Assembly: GCA_963845065.1 (NCBI GenBank)
Contig: CAWJQQ010000002.1
Coordinates: 416,001 to 480,000 of the forward strand
Source of the DNA: Nitrospirota bacterium
GTDB taxonomy: Bacteria; Nitrospirota; UBA9217
Direction of reading: 5' to 3'
Length of the DNA: 64,000 nucleotides
Positions within the stretch are counted from its first letter, which is position 1; every line of letters begins with the position of its first letter. The position numbers and the translations under genes are program-made. The notes beneath the pieces were generated by a model that was given only the letters and a program-made list of their open reading frames with translations, was not told where the DNA came from and ran no database searches. Shown here one piece after another: positions 49,593-58,814 of the stretch.

Positions 49593-49707
49593 CCTGATTT
49601 CACCTCCTTTCAGTGGTATGTGGTATATAGAGATTATAATATCATAAAAAAATACCTCTAGTGGCGCATAGCACTTGTATGACTATAAATTAATCAGAGC
49701 AACCCAG

Positions 49708-50442
49708 TTATCTTCCTGCGGCTTCCTTATCGAGAAACCACGTAACTGTTCCGTTCTCGGTAAAGACCTGTCCTGCCGGATATCCCTTGGAATTGCCGTG
49801 GTAAAGGATATTTTGGAGCACGCTCGCTTTGGCTCTTCCTGCAACAAGAAAAAGTACATTAGATGCATTATTGATGACCGAAATCGTGAGCGTAACACGG
49901 TTAATTTGAGGATCTTCTAGATATACGGGATTGGTGATCCGAGCAGATTCAAAAACCGCTGATGAACCAGTAAAGAGCGATGCCGTATGACCGTCCGCGC
50001 CTACTCCCAGCATGACAAGGTCAAAGCTCGGGATAGTGACCGTACCAAAGAATGCCTTGATGTCCTGCTCATAGGCACGCGCCGCCTCTTCGGGATCTGC
50101 TTCTCCATGCACGTTGTGAACATTGCTCTCGGGCATGGGAAGGTTCTTCAATAACGTATCGCGAACCAACCTGTAGTTGCTCGCAGGATTATCGGACGGA
50201 ACGCATCGCTCATCTGCCCAGAACAAGTGAACACGGCGCCAGTCAATGGTGTTTAGATAGGGTGGTGATCCGAGAAGTGTGTACAAGAGGCGGGGGGTTG
50301 TGCCACCGGAAAGGGCGACAGCAAACCTACCTTTTGCGGCAATGGCCGTACACGAAAGAGACAAAAATAATTCCGCTGCGCCATGGCTCAGCGATTGGAG
50401 GTCATCGAATACCGAGATCCGCACATTGCTGCGGCCATTCAC
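49708..50442 (-). CDS. pgl: 6-phosphogluconolactonase
   Basis: ALSGGTTP, FWADERCV, GVGADGHTASLF, RVTLT; GTG start overlaps the zwf stop. Confidence 0.93.
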   Translation of the reverse strand: MNGRSNVRISVFDDLQSLSHGAAELFLSLSCTAIAAKGRFAVALSGGTTPRLLYTLLGSPPYLNTIDWRRVHLFWADERCVPSDNPASNYRLVRDTLLKNLPMPESNVHNVHGEADPEEAARAYEQDIKAFFGTVTIPSFDLVMLGVGADGHTASLFTGSSAVFESARITNPVYLEDPQINRVTLTISVINNASNVLFLVAGRAKASVLQNILYHGNSKGYPAGQVFTENGTVTWFLDKEAAGR

Positions 50443-52010
50443 AAAGGCCTCCAAAAGCGCCCTATTCTTCTTAACAGGCGCAGTGCCTCGTTGGGTCCGT
50501 CCGTTCCCGCGGGGTACAATGCGAGCGGCACGCCCTTTCCCGAATCAACTGCATCAAGTACTGGAGTAAGCGCTGACCACGCAAGCTCTACGCTGTCTTC
50601 GCGCATGAAGAGCATGTGGTCTCCGATCATGCAGTCCAGCAGGACCCATTCGTAGGCGTCGAGTGCCACCCCACGAGGGTAATCGTATTTCATCTCCACT
50701 GGGTTCAAACAGATCTTAGTGCCTGCCTGCTTGGTCTGGAATGTAAGGCTCATGCCCTCTTCAGGTTGTATTTTGAGGATGATAGAGTTAGGTTCAATGG
50801 GACCGCTGACCGAATCAGGGAACATGGAGTGCGGTACCTCGCGGAATAGAACGGCAATCTCCGTTTTTCGCACTGCGAGCCTCTTGCCTGAACGGAGATA
50901 AAAAGGAACCCCGTGCCAGCGCCAGTTGTCGACAAACACTTGCATGGCTGCAAAGGTCGGCGTTTTCGAAGCGTCTGCGACACCCTGTTCCTGACGGTAA
51001 GCGGCAACTTCCCCGCCGCCGATTGTCCCTTTTGCATATTGGCCGACCACAAGTTGATCAGCCAGCGTATCAAGGGACAGGTGCCTTAGGGATCGCAAGA
51101 CTTTTGCCTTTTCATCCTGCACGCGTTCGGCGAAGAACACTGCCGGCGGCTCCATGGCAATAAGGCTCAAGAGTTGAAACATATGGTTCTGGAACATATC
51201 GCGGATCACGCCCGCTTCTTCATAATAACCGGCTCGGTGCTCGACGCCGATGGTTTCTGTGGCCGTAATCTGCACATGGTCCACATACCGACGGTTCCAA
51301 AGCGGTTCAAAAATAGAGTTCGCGAACCGGAACATCAATATGTTCTGCACCGTCTCTTTAGCGAGGTAATGATCGATGCGGAATATCTGGCTTTCTTTAT
51401 AATGGGTATGTACAAGCTGGTTTAATTTTCGTGCCGAGGCTAGATCATGACCGAAAGGCTTCTCGATCACGATATGGCTGCAGCCCTTTTCCTCGCGCGA
51501 TAGCCCTGAAGCGCCGAGATTATGGATCACGCTTTCAAAGACCATCGGCGGGATGGCCAGATAAAAAATGCGATTCCCCATTGTCTTGTGCTTAATCTCC
51601 AGCTTTGGAAGGATGTCGACTAAATCGACAGTGTACGATGCCAGGTTCTCGTAATCGAAGGTAGAGTAGTAGAGATGGTTCACGAACTCGTCCCAAAGGC
51701 TCTCCTCAAAATCGCGTGGAAGCACAGCTTTGACCGCATCCCGCATGCCCCCGCGAAATTGTTCGGTCGTCATCTTGATACGACTGGTGCCGAGAATGAA
51801 AAACTGCGGCGTGAGCATCTTGTTTTTAAAGAGCTGGTACAGCGACGGCAAAAGCTTCCGACGCGTCAGGTCTCCCGAAGCCCCGAAGATGATCAGGCCC
51901 GCGGGACGTGGAATCTCCACATCGCAGTTCTCGATCCGGTGATATTCCGGCATCAGGCCTGCTTCGGTCGGTGCTAATCCCGTGCTTTGTTGACCGGTAT
52001 TATCATCCAT
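50439..52010 (-). CDS. zwf: Glucose-6-phosphate 1-dehydrogenase
   Basis: GASGDL, EKPFG, RIDHYLAKE, RDMFQNH, RWHGVPFYLRSGK. Confidence 0.97.
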   Translation of the reverse strand: MDDNTGQQSTGLAPTEAGLMPEYHRIENCDVEIPRPAGLIIFGASGDLTRRKLLPSLYQLFKNKMLTPQFFILGTSRIKMTTEQFRGGMRDAVKAVLPRDFEESLWDEFVNHLYYSTFDYENLASYTVDLVDILPKLEIKHKTMGNRIFYLAIPPMVFESVIHNLGASGLSREEKGCSHIVIEKPFGHDLASARKLNQLVHTHYKESQIFRIDHYLAKETVQNILMFRFANSIFEPLWNRRYVDHVQITATETIGVEHRAGYYEEAGVIRDMFQNHMFQLLSLIAMEPPAVFFAERVQDEKAKVLRSLRHLSLDTLADQLVVGQYAKGTIGGGEVAAYRQEQGVADASKTPTFAAMQVFVDNWRWHGVPFYLRSGKRLAVRKTEIAVLFREVPHSMFPDSVSGPIEPNSIILKIQPEEGMSLTFQTKQAGTKICLNPVEMKYDYPRGVALDAYEWVLLDCMIGDHMLFMREDSVELAWSALTPVLDAVDSGKGVPLALYPAGTDGPNEALRLLRRIGRFWRPL

Positions 52011-52012
52011 GA

Positions 52013-52897
52013 TCAAGCAATCTTCCTTTTATCGGATTTTATCAATCTTTTCCAATCCTCGGAAAACCGCTCCATTCCCTTGGTCGTCAGTTCATGCCGG
52101 ATATCGTAGTCTTCCCACTTTTTATCAAGTTTTATCTCTTTGTACGGAATGGGTTTTAACAATGCGGCGTTATAGTGGTAAGCGTCTCCAGGTAGAGGCA
52201 TCCCTTTTTCACCCCAGGCTTTTAATTCTTCATAGGGCACCGTAATAATATCCGTACCAAGTTTGAGGGCGTACAAAAAGTGATCGATGTTCCGCACGCT
52301 CGCAGTCAGGACTTCCACATGTCCGTCACCCTGAGCGTACATGCAGAGGATATTGGCGATCACGTCCATGCCGTTTTCACCACGATCGTCGAGCCTCCCG
52401 ACGAATGGCGAGACGAATACCTGTCCTTTCTTCGCACCCCGCGTTGCCGCATACACGGCCGCAGCCTGTTCCTGTGAGAAGCAGAGCGTCATGTTCACGC
52501 GCATTCCTGCTTGTACCGCCCACTCTGCCGCTTTAAGCCCTTCCCGGGTCGTCGGAAACTTCACTTGTGCATTTGCGATCCAAGAGAACATGTCTTTTGC
52601 CTGCTTCAGCATCGTGTCGGCCTGAGTCGTTACGTCGGCGTAGACCTCTACCGATACTGATCCACCCGGTAGCAAACTGCATAGTGTCGTTACTACCCCC
52701 CGATAAAACTCGAGTATTTCTTCGGCACTGAATGTCTCTCCCCGCTCGACCCTTTTCATTGCCTCAGGATTTTTCGAAATTAGCGTCGGATTTGTAGTTT
52801 GACCGTCGAGAAACCCGAGGAATTTTAAGATCTCTTTCGTTTCCTCGGGATCACCGCCGTCCAAAAATATCCTTGTTTTAAGTTTTTGAGGTCTCAT
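52013..52897 (-). CDS. tal: Transaldolase family protein
   Basis: IFLD, QTTNPTLI, SVEV, VKFP (Schiff-base Lys), NMTLCFS, SPFVGRLDD, ASVR. Confidence 0.88.
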   Translation of the reverse strand: MRPQKLKTRIFLDGGDPEETKEILKFLGFLDGQTTNPTLISKNPEAMKRVERGETFSAEEILEFYRGVVTTLCSLLPGGSVSVEVYADVTTQADTMLKQAKDMFSWIANAQVKFPTTREGLKAAEWAVQAGMRVNMTLCFSQEQAAAVYAATRGAKKGQVFVSPFVGRLDDRGENGMDVIANILCMYAQGDGHVEVLTASVRNIDHFLYALKLGTDIITVPYEELKAWGEKGMPLPGDAYHYNAALLKPIPYKEIKLDKKWEDYDIRHELTTKGMERFSEDWKRLIKSDKRKIA

Positions 52898-52919
52898 ACC
52901 ATTCCCCCCTTCTACCAAT

Positions 52920-53855
52920 TCAGGCAATTTTTCTTTTTTCCCCTTTCTCAATCTCTACCTCAGATGCTTTCACCTCGTGGCCGCCGAATTGATGCCTCAG
53001 GGCTGACACGATCTGTCCAATATAGCTAGGGTTTGCCTGCGACTGGAGACGAAAATCGAGCGCGCCCTTAATGATGGGCGCAGGGCTTCCAAATTCCTTC
53101 GCGGCATCTATGGTCCACATAGCCTCTCCGCTCTGCGCAACCGCGCCTGATATCCCCTGGAGGTTCTCGCCATATTTTCCATACGCGGCCTTGAGCCAGC
53201 CAACCAACCGCGATTCGATCACGCTCTTGTGGTTGTACAGGTCGGCGACCTTCGCTAGATCGAAATTAAAGCCAGAATGCTTAAGGATTGCAAAACCCTC
53301 GGCAAGGGCTTGCATCATTCCGTATTCGATTCCGTTATGAACCATTTTAACGAAATGGCCTGCACCGGCTTTCCCGAAATGCGCGTACCCGTTGTCGACC
53401 GAGGCATCACGAAAGATCTGTTCATAAGTGTGAAATACGCTTTCGTCGCCACCGACCATAATGCACGCCCCGGTCCGTGCACCGGCCGGACCGCCACTCA
53501 CGCCGGCATCTAGAAAATTGATGCCCTTATTTTCCAACTCTTGAGCACGTCGTATGGACTCCCTGTAGGGTGAATTGCCGCCATCGATGATCGTATCTCC
53601 TTTCGCGAGTAATGGCGTTAAGTCCTTCAAAACGGCATCAACGGCATCGTAGGGGACCATGATCCAGACGAGCCTTGGCGGCTGCAGAGCCATGGCGAGC
53701 GATCGTATTGAATCCGCCGGTCTCGCACCTTTTTTCGCGATTCTCTGCACAGGTTCAGCGCTCCTATTATAGGCAACGATCTGGTGCCCTTTCTCAAGCA
53801 ACAGCTCAACCATGTTATAACCCATTTTACCCAAACCAATATATCCCAGCTTCAT
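52920..53855 (-). CDS. gnd: 6-phosphogluconate dehydrogenase, decarboxylating (short YqeC type)
   Basis: GLGKMG, DGGNS, GVSGG, GHFVKMVHNGIEYG, LRHQFGGH. Confidence 0.95.
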   Translation of the reverse strand: MKLGYIGLGKMGYNMVELLLEKGHQIVAYNRSAEPVQRIAKKGARPADSIRSLAMALQPPRLVWIMVPYDAVDAVLKDLTPLLAKGDTIIDGGNSPYRESIRRAQELENKGINFLDAGVSGGPAGARTGACIMVGGDESVFHTYEQIFRDASVDNGYAHFGKAGAGHFVKMVHNGIEYGMMQALAEGFAILKHSGFNFDLAKVADLYNHKSVIESRLVGWLKAAYGKYGENLQGISGAVAQSGEAMWTIDAAKEFGSPAPIIKGALDFRLQSQANPSYIGQIVSALRHQFGGHEVKASEVEIEKGEKRKIA

Positions 53856-53947
53856 CGTAATCTCTCCTCATGAATTCTTTTGTGAATTATTGTGAACCGT
53901 ATTTCTCGCGAACAGTTGAACATTGCAGGTGGCATAAAATCGCACAA

Positions 53948-54403
53948 CTAGCATTTTAAGAACTCCTTTTCAATTTCTGCTACTTTTTCCAGCCGTCTCA
54001 CATGTCGTTCCGCGCCGGAGAATGTTGCCTTCAAATACGTCGTGACGATGTCTTTTGCCAGTTCCGGCCCCACAATCCGCGCACCAAGACACAAGACATT
54101 CATATTATCGTCTTCTACACCTTGGTGCGCCGAGAAGGTATCGTGACAAATAGCCGCCCGGATTTCCGGGAATTTATTTGCTGCTACGCATGCCCCGACC
54201 CCACTGCCGCAAATTAATATCCCGCGCTCCGCCCTCCCATCGATTATGGCATTGGCCACGGCTCGGGCATAATCTGGGTAATCGACAGGTTCGCTGTCAT
54301 AGGTGCCTAAGTCACGTACTTCATGTCCGAGCATTTTTAAGTGCTCCAAGAGAACGATTTTCAGGGCAAATCCACCATGGTCGGCACCGATTGATACCTG
54401 CAT
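53948..54403 (-). CDS. rpiB: Ribose-5-phosphate isomerase B
   Basis: GADHGG, DYPD, CGSGVG, ANK, NVLCLGAR, ERHVRR. Confidence 0.96.
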   Translation of the reverse strand: MQVSIGADHGGFALKIVLLEHLKMLGHEVRDLGTYDSEPVDYPDYARAVANAIIDGRAERGILICGSGVGACVAANKFPEIRAAICHDTFSAHQGVEDDNMNVLCLGARIVGPELAKDIVTTYLKATFSGAERHVRRLEKVAEIEKEFLKC

Positions 54404-54428
54404 TGGTTCTGCTCCCTCAGGGTATTCA

Positions 54429-56174
54429 TCAACAATAAAGCGGATCTACACAGCTTAGGACCTGCTCACTTCTGCTTCCGCTGCGAAAAATTGTAATGCC
54501 CTTTACGCCCTCCCGGTAAGCCAGGATAAAGGCTTTTCGCACATCTTCTTCAGAGGCATTCGGTGCAAAGTTGATGGTTTTAGACACCGCATTATCCGTG
54601 TGGCGCTGGAACGCCGCCTCCATGCGTACATGCCACACCGGAGCGACATCGAAGGCCGTTACAAAAAGACGCTTCACGTCTTCCGGTACCTCACTCATCC
54701 GCTGGATCGATTCACCTGCCATGACGTGCATAAGAAGAGAGTCGCTCAAAAACCCCCGCTTTTTCGCCGTTTCAAGGAAGGATTCGCTTATCTCAGTAAG
54801 TATGACATCTCCGAGAATGTGGCGCTTAAATGAGAGTGCAAAAAGCGGCTCGATGCCACTGGAACAGCCGGCAATGATCGATAATGTCCCCGTGGGCGCA
54901 ATTGTTGTCACAGTGGCGTTCCTAAGGGCGGGCCCGCCCGCTCGATCATAGCTGCTCCCAGGATAATTCGGGAATACGCCGCGTTTTCGTGCTAGTTCCG
55001 CAGAATACGCCCACCCATTTTCTTTCACGAACCTCATGATCTCTTCACCGGTTCTGAGCGCACCTTCAGAATCGTAGGGGATGCCGAGCCGAATCAGCAT
55101 ATCTGCAAAACCCATTACGCCTAGGCCAATTTTCCGATTGCCCTTTGCCATACGGTCTACCTCATCCAGCGGATAACGGCTCACATCTATCACATCGTCC
55201 AAAAAATTGACGCCTATCCGTATGGTCTGTTTCATTTTCTCCCAGTCTATTTCTGCACGACCACTGGAGTACTTCAGCATAAGGCCGAGGTTGAGGGACC
55301 CAAGATTGCAAGGCTCGTACGGCAGGAGGGGCTGCTCACCGCAGGGGTTAGTGCTCTCCATCTCTCCAAGCTGAGGTGTTGGATTTTTGCGGTTGATGCG
55401 ATCGAAGAACAACAAGCCGGGATCTCCTGTTTTCCATGCCGAATTCACGATCCGATCGAAAACTTCTCTGGCCTTTAGCGTCTTGACCACCTGTCGGTTG
55501 TGAGGATTCACAAGCGTCAAGTCACCGTCGATCTCTACAGAATGCATGAATTCCTCGGTCACAGCCACCGAAATATTGAAATTCGCCAGTTCTCTATTGT
55601 TAGTCTTAGCCGAGATAAACTCCAGAATATCCGGATGATCAACACGCAGAATGCCCATATTCGCACCGCGTCGCGTACCGCCCTGCTTGACCACTTCTGT
55701 GGCCATATTAAAAACCCTCATGAAGGACACTGGACCGCTGGCAGTTCCGCTCGTAGTACGTACGACGTCGTCCCTGGGCCTTAGTTTACTGAAAGAAAAG
55801 CCGGTCCCGCCACCACTTTGATGAATGAGGGCTGTATTTTTGACAGCTTCGAATATGGATTCGAGCGAATCTTCGATTGGCAACACAAAACAGGCTGCAA
55901 GCTGCTGAAGAGGCCGGCCTGCGTTCATTAGGGTCGGGGAATTCGGCAGGAACTCAAGATTCGCAAGTAAGCTATAAAATTCTTCTTCTGTAGTTCTTAT
56001 ATCCGCGTGGCCGTTGTATAGAAGCTCGGCCTGGGCGACGCTGTTTGCCACCCTGTGAAACATCTCATCCGGCGACTCTACAACCCTCCCCTGATCGTCT
56101 TTTTTCAAATAGCGCCGGGAAAGCACCACCAAAGCATTTGAGGTAAGCATCGCATCCTGTGTCTTTACCGTCAT
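54429..56174 (-). CDS. nrdJ: Second class II (B12-dependent) ribonucleotide reductase, short form without the TSCPD domain
   Basis: PNSPTLMNAG, LAACFV, TNPCGEQPL, TIAPTGT; ends SEQVLSCVDPLYC. Confidence 0.92.
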   Translation of the reverse strand: MTVKTQDAMLTSNALVVLSRRYLKKDDQGRVVESPDEMFHRVANSVAQAELLYNGHADIRTTEEEFYSLLANLEFLPNSPTLMNAGRPLQQLAACFVLPIEDSLESIFEAVKNTALIHQSGGGTGFSFSKLRPRDDVVRTTSGTASGPVSFMRVFNMATEVVKQGGTRRGANMGILRVDHPDILEFISAKTNNRELANFNISVAVTEEFMHSVEIDGDLTLVNPHNRQVVKTLKAREVFDRIVNSAWKTGDPGLLFFDRINRKNPTPQLGEMESTNPCGEQPLLPYEPCNLGSLNLGLMLKYSSGRAEIDWEKMKQTIRIGVNFLDDVIDVSRYPLDEVDRMAKGNRKIGLGVMGFADMLIRLGIPYDSEGALRTGEEIMRFVKENGWAYSAELARKRGVFPNYPGSSYDRAGGPALRNATVTTIAPTGTLSIIAGCSSGIEPLFALSFKRHILGDVILTEISESFLETAKKRGFLSDSLLMHVMAGESIQRMSEVPEDVKRLFVTAFDVAPVWHVRMEAAFQRHTDNAVSKTINFAPNASEEDVRKAFILAYREGVKGITIFRSGSRSEQVLSCVDPLYC

Positions 56175-56259
56175 TTTGAACCTCTAATGACTATTTTAGC
56201 ACTCTTGGGAGTCGACTGTACTTCCCACGGATTGGGCAGAAGGAACAACCATAACGACC

Positions 56260-56955
56260 TTAGTAGTAAGAGACAAAGAGGAGAAGGAATAGAATACTTT
56301 TTATGACCTCAATCCAACCGGTAGTCTGCAGCCTTACTTTGTAGGGAGTGGCTGATACGATGAGGTTGTCCAGCAGGGGGAGAAGTATGATCACCGGGAT
56401 ATAAAAACGGTGATAAACGAATAATGATAATAATACATACAAGGCTGTAAAAATGCGGTCTTGCATCTTTTTTAAAATTAAGACCTTTATCTTAAAAACA
56501 CCTGCCGTAAAGTAGAATGCAACGCCTATGAAAAGCCTCACATCTATTCCGTCCGTCAGCAGGAATTTTGCGAGTACTGCTGCAAGACTGATAAGAGCAA
56601 ACCCCAGGATCTCGGTAATAAGGGCGTGTTCGCCAATTATTCTGTTAGATAGCAAATACAAGGCGGGTATGACTAAAAGCGGCATAAGTCTTGGGATCTC
56701 GCTCCTGAAAATAACTGCAAGGATTATGGCGGCAGCAAGAAATTGGCCCAGCATAATTAATAACGATTTCCGGTCTTCCCTTTTCCTGAACCATTTCATA
56801 AATGCCTGCTTAGAATTAATCAGCAGAGCGAGTGCGGCGAAGAGTGGAAAGAGCAACCACGTAAACGCGTGACTGACACAAGTGCCGGCCAGATATGCTA
56901 CGATCAATACACTCCATGAGCCGTACTCTTTTAATAAATATGTTTTTACGTCCAT
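56260..56955 (-). CDS. Multi-pass membrane protein, YwiC-like
   Basis: N-terminal KEYGSW, several TM helices, C-terminal GWIE. Confidence 0.6.
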   Translation of the reverse strand: MDVKTYLLKEYGSWSVLIVAYLAGTCVSHAFTWLLFPLFAALALLINSKQAFMKWFRKREDRKSLLIMLGQFLAAAIILAVIFRSEIPRLMPLLVIPALYLLSNRIIGEHALITEILGFALISLAAVLAKFLLTDGIDVRLFIGVAFYFTAGVFKIKVLILKKMQDRIFTALYVLLSLFVYHRFYIPVIILLPLLDNLIVSATPYKVRLQTTGWIEVIKSILFLLLFVSYY

Positions 56956-57215
56956 TATCATGGTGAAAGTATACCATGAGGAAGGAGAGGCAGGTATGAT
57001 GAGTGTCGCTATCTCAAAATTTTCAAGACATGCGATGCTATGTGTATCTGATGTGAATACGTCGTTCACGAAATTTATAAAAATGTATTACACTTTAGTT
57101 TCTCGTTTTATAATACTGTAGTTGCATTCAATTTATCGATCTTCCTTGACAACTCTAGGAGCTGTGATAGGCTATAAATAAAATTGCAGTAGGTTCAGAG
57201 AAGGAGGTAAAAAAA

Positions 57216-57575
57216 ATGAAAAAAATCATCACTACGATAGGAGCATTGGTCTTTACGCTTGCTATCGGCGTAGCTTATGCTAATACATCAACAGAGGAGG
57301 TCATGCCGAGTGAAATGAACAGCTACAACTATGCAACTAACGGCATCTCGTTTTTGGACACTGGCTCGGGCTGTTCAATTGCTGAAGGCGCTGGCGCAGG
57401 TGGTTTGGCTTCCGATACGCCAGGCTTGGAATTGAAAAATGGGATAACGAACTTTGACCCCGGTATGTACAACTTCTCTGTAAAAAGCTCATGCGAAGAG
57501 AGTGTATTGTCAACGGGACCGACCAGGGATAACGGAATTACTACTTTTGATACGGCCCCAATTGATGCCAATTAG
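57216..57575 (+). CDS. Secreted hypothetical protein with three NGI(T/S)xF(D) repeats
   Basis: AAGGAGGT RBS, signal peptide (..VAYA), TTGACA upstream, terminator downstream. Confidence 0.8.
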   Translation: MKKIITTIGALVFTLAIGVAYANTSTEEVMPSEMNSYNYATNGISFLDTGSGCSIAEGAGAGGLASDTPGLELKNGITNFDPGMYNFSVKSSCEESVLSTGPTRDNGITTFDTAPIDAN

Positions 57576-57635
57576 AATCTTTGAAATTAAAAAAGCCTTG
57601 AAGAAGATTCGCTGAGATTTAGGGGAGCATATTGC

Positions 57636-57678
57636 AAAACAAAAAAAGCAGGCTAAATTTTAGCCTGCTTTTTGTTTT
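57636..57678. terminator. Bidirectional intrinsic terminator
   Basis: AAAAAGCAGGCTAAA-T-TTTAGCCTGCTTTTT between convergent genes. Confidence 0.85.
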
Positions 57679-57735
57679 CAAGACTTTCCTTCCGAGAATA
57701 TTCCTTTGTCATACAGCAATATATTGAGACACATA

Positions 57736-58395
57736 CTATGGGAATATCGCCCCCTGCGTTAAACCATGTTTCGTAATTACATCATAGGCCTTCTCATCCG
57801 CATTCAGTTTTTTCATTTTCAGGTGGCAGAGCGCCTGCACTTCCCGATCCAGATCAGAACAATTTGTCGCCGGAGATAATTTGGCCACTGCGCGGGAAAG
57901 ATCTGCTACCGCTGCCACAGCCATGTCTCGATGTCCATTTTCATGCATTGTTAGGTTTTTTATGTAATTGTCCCATTTAACCACGAGCACCTGAGGCACG
58001 CCGTCATCGTGGACCCATTTGGGATAACGAATTACTACTTCAACTGAGGCCTTGAAAGCAGCCGCGGCACAAGATTGGGGAGTGCGATCATAGCCGTAGT
58101 CCCATTTCACTCGCCAGCTTGTCACGGAATCGTACCTTTTCCCATCGTCCCATTTACAGCTGTTATGGTCCATCCCACAACGCAATTCCGATTCGTTGCG
58201 CCCTTGGACCTCATAGTATTCATCTTTTTCAGTCACATTAGGCGAAATAGCAGGTTTTATCAATCGAAAGTGAGAGTCTTTGTCAACGTTTGCAACTTGC
58301 ACATTATCTGAAGCTGCAGATATTGCTACGGCAGAGGTCATAAGCAGGGTAATAAAAATAGTAATTTTTATCATTCCAGGACTCCGAATAAACAT
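57736..58395 (-). CDS. DUF922-family secreted zinc-dependent protease
   Basis: Signal peptide; YYEVQG, YPKW, HENGH (HExxH), YD..T.HG.TQG. Confidence 0.82.
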   Translation of the reverse strand: MFIRSPGMIKITIFITLLMTSAVAISAASDNVQVANVDKDSHFRLIKPAISPNVTEKDEYYEVQGRNESELRCGMDHNSCKWDDGKRYDSVTSWRVKWDYGYDRTPQSCAAAAFKASVEVVIRYPKWVHDDGVPQVLVVKWDNYIKNLTMHENGHRDMAVAAVADLSRAVAKLSPATNCSDLDREVQALCHLKMKKLNADEKAYDVITKHGLTQGAIFP

Positions 58396-58814
58396 TTATA
58401 TTTCAAGCGCTTATATCCTCTGTGAGAGGCATTGAAGAGAAGGAAAAATCAGAAGATTCGGTCATGCCATGAATCAAGGATATTTTTTAAAAAAATCCAT
58501 ATCAACAGCGATAAAGCCTGAAAGCGAGCGCAGGTCTGTTCTTAAACAAATCTTTGTACATTGTTTTAATGTTACAACTTTCAGAAATTCGAATCAAGAG
58601 GTAAAAAAGGGTTTGAGAGCGCCCGGGTCCGTGCTGATTCAGTTCTTCGAGCCGAATTCATGGTGGTTCTAACGAAGGTAGGCATGCAACTTTACGGCAT
58701 CCCGGTCCGATGGTTACAATCGCTTAAGTCTGTCAATAAAAAAGCCATGTGTATGACCTGGCCAGTTGACATTGTATCCTTAATCTTGCATATTCTGTAT
58801 GCAAAAAAAAGTCT

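Noticed and set aside
54420..54431. TGA TGA after the terminal Cys of the short RNR as Sec
   Set aside because: No convincing SECIS, another TGA follows within three codons, and rpiB starts right after
58440..58810. Possible ncRNA between nuoN and the DUF922 gene
   Set aside because: No recognisable motif or convincing structure by eye
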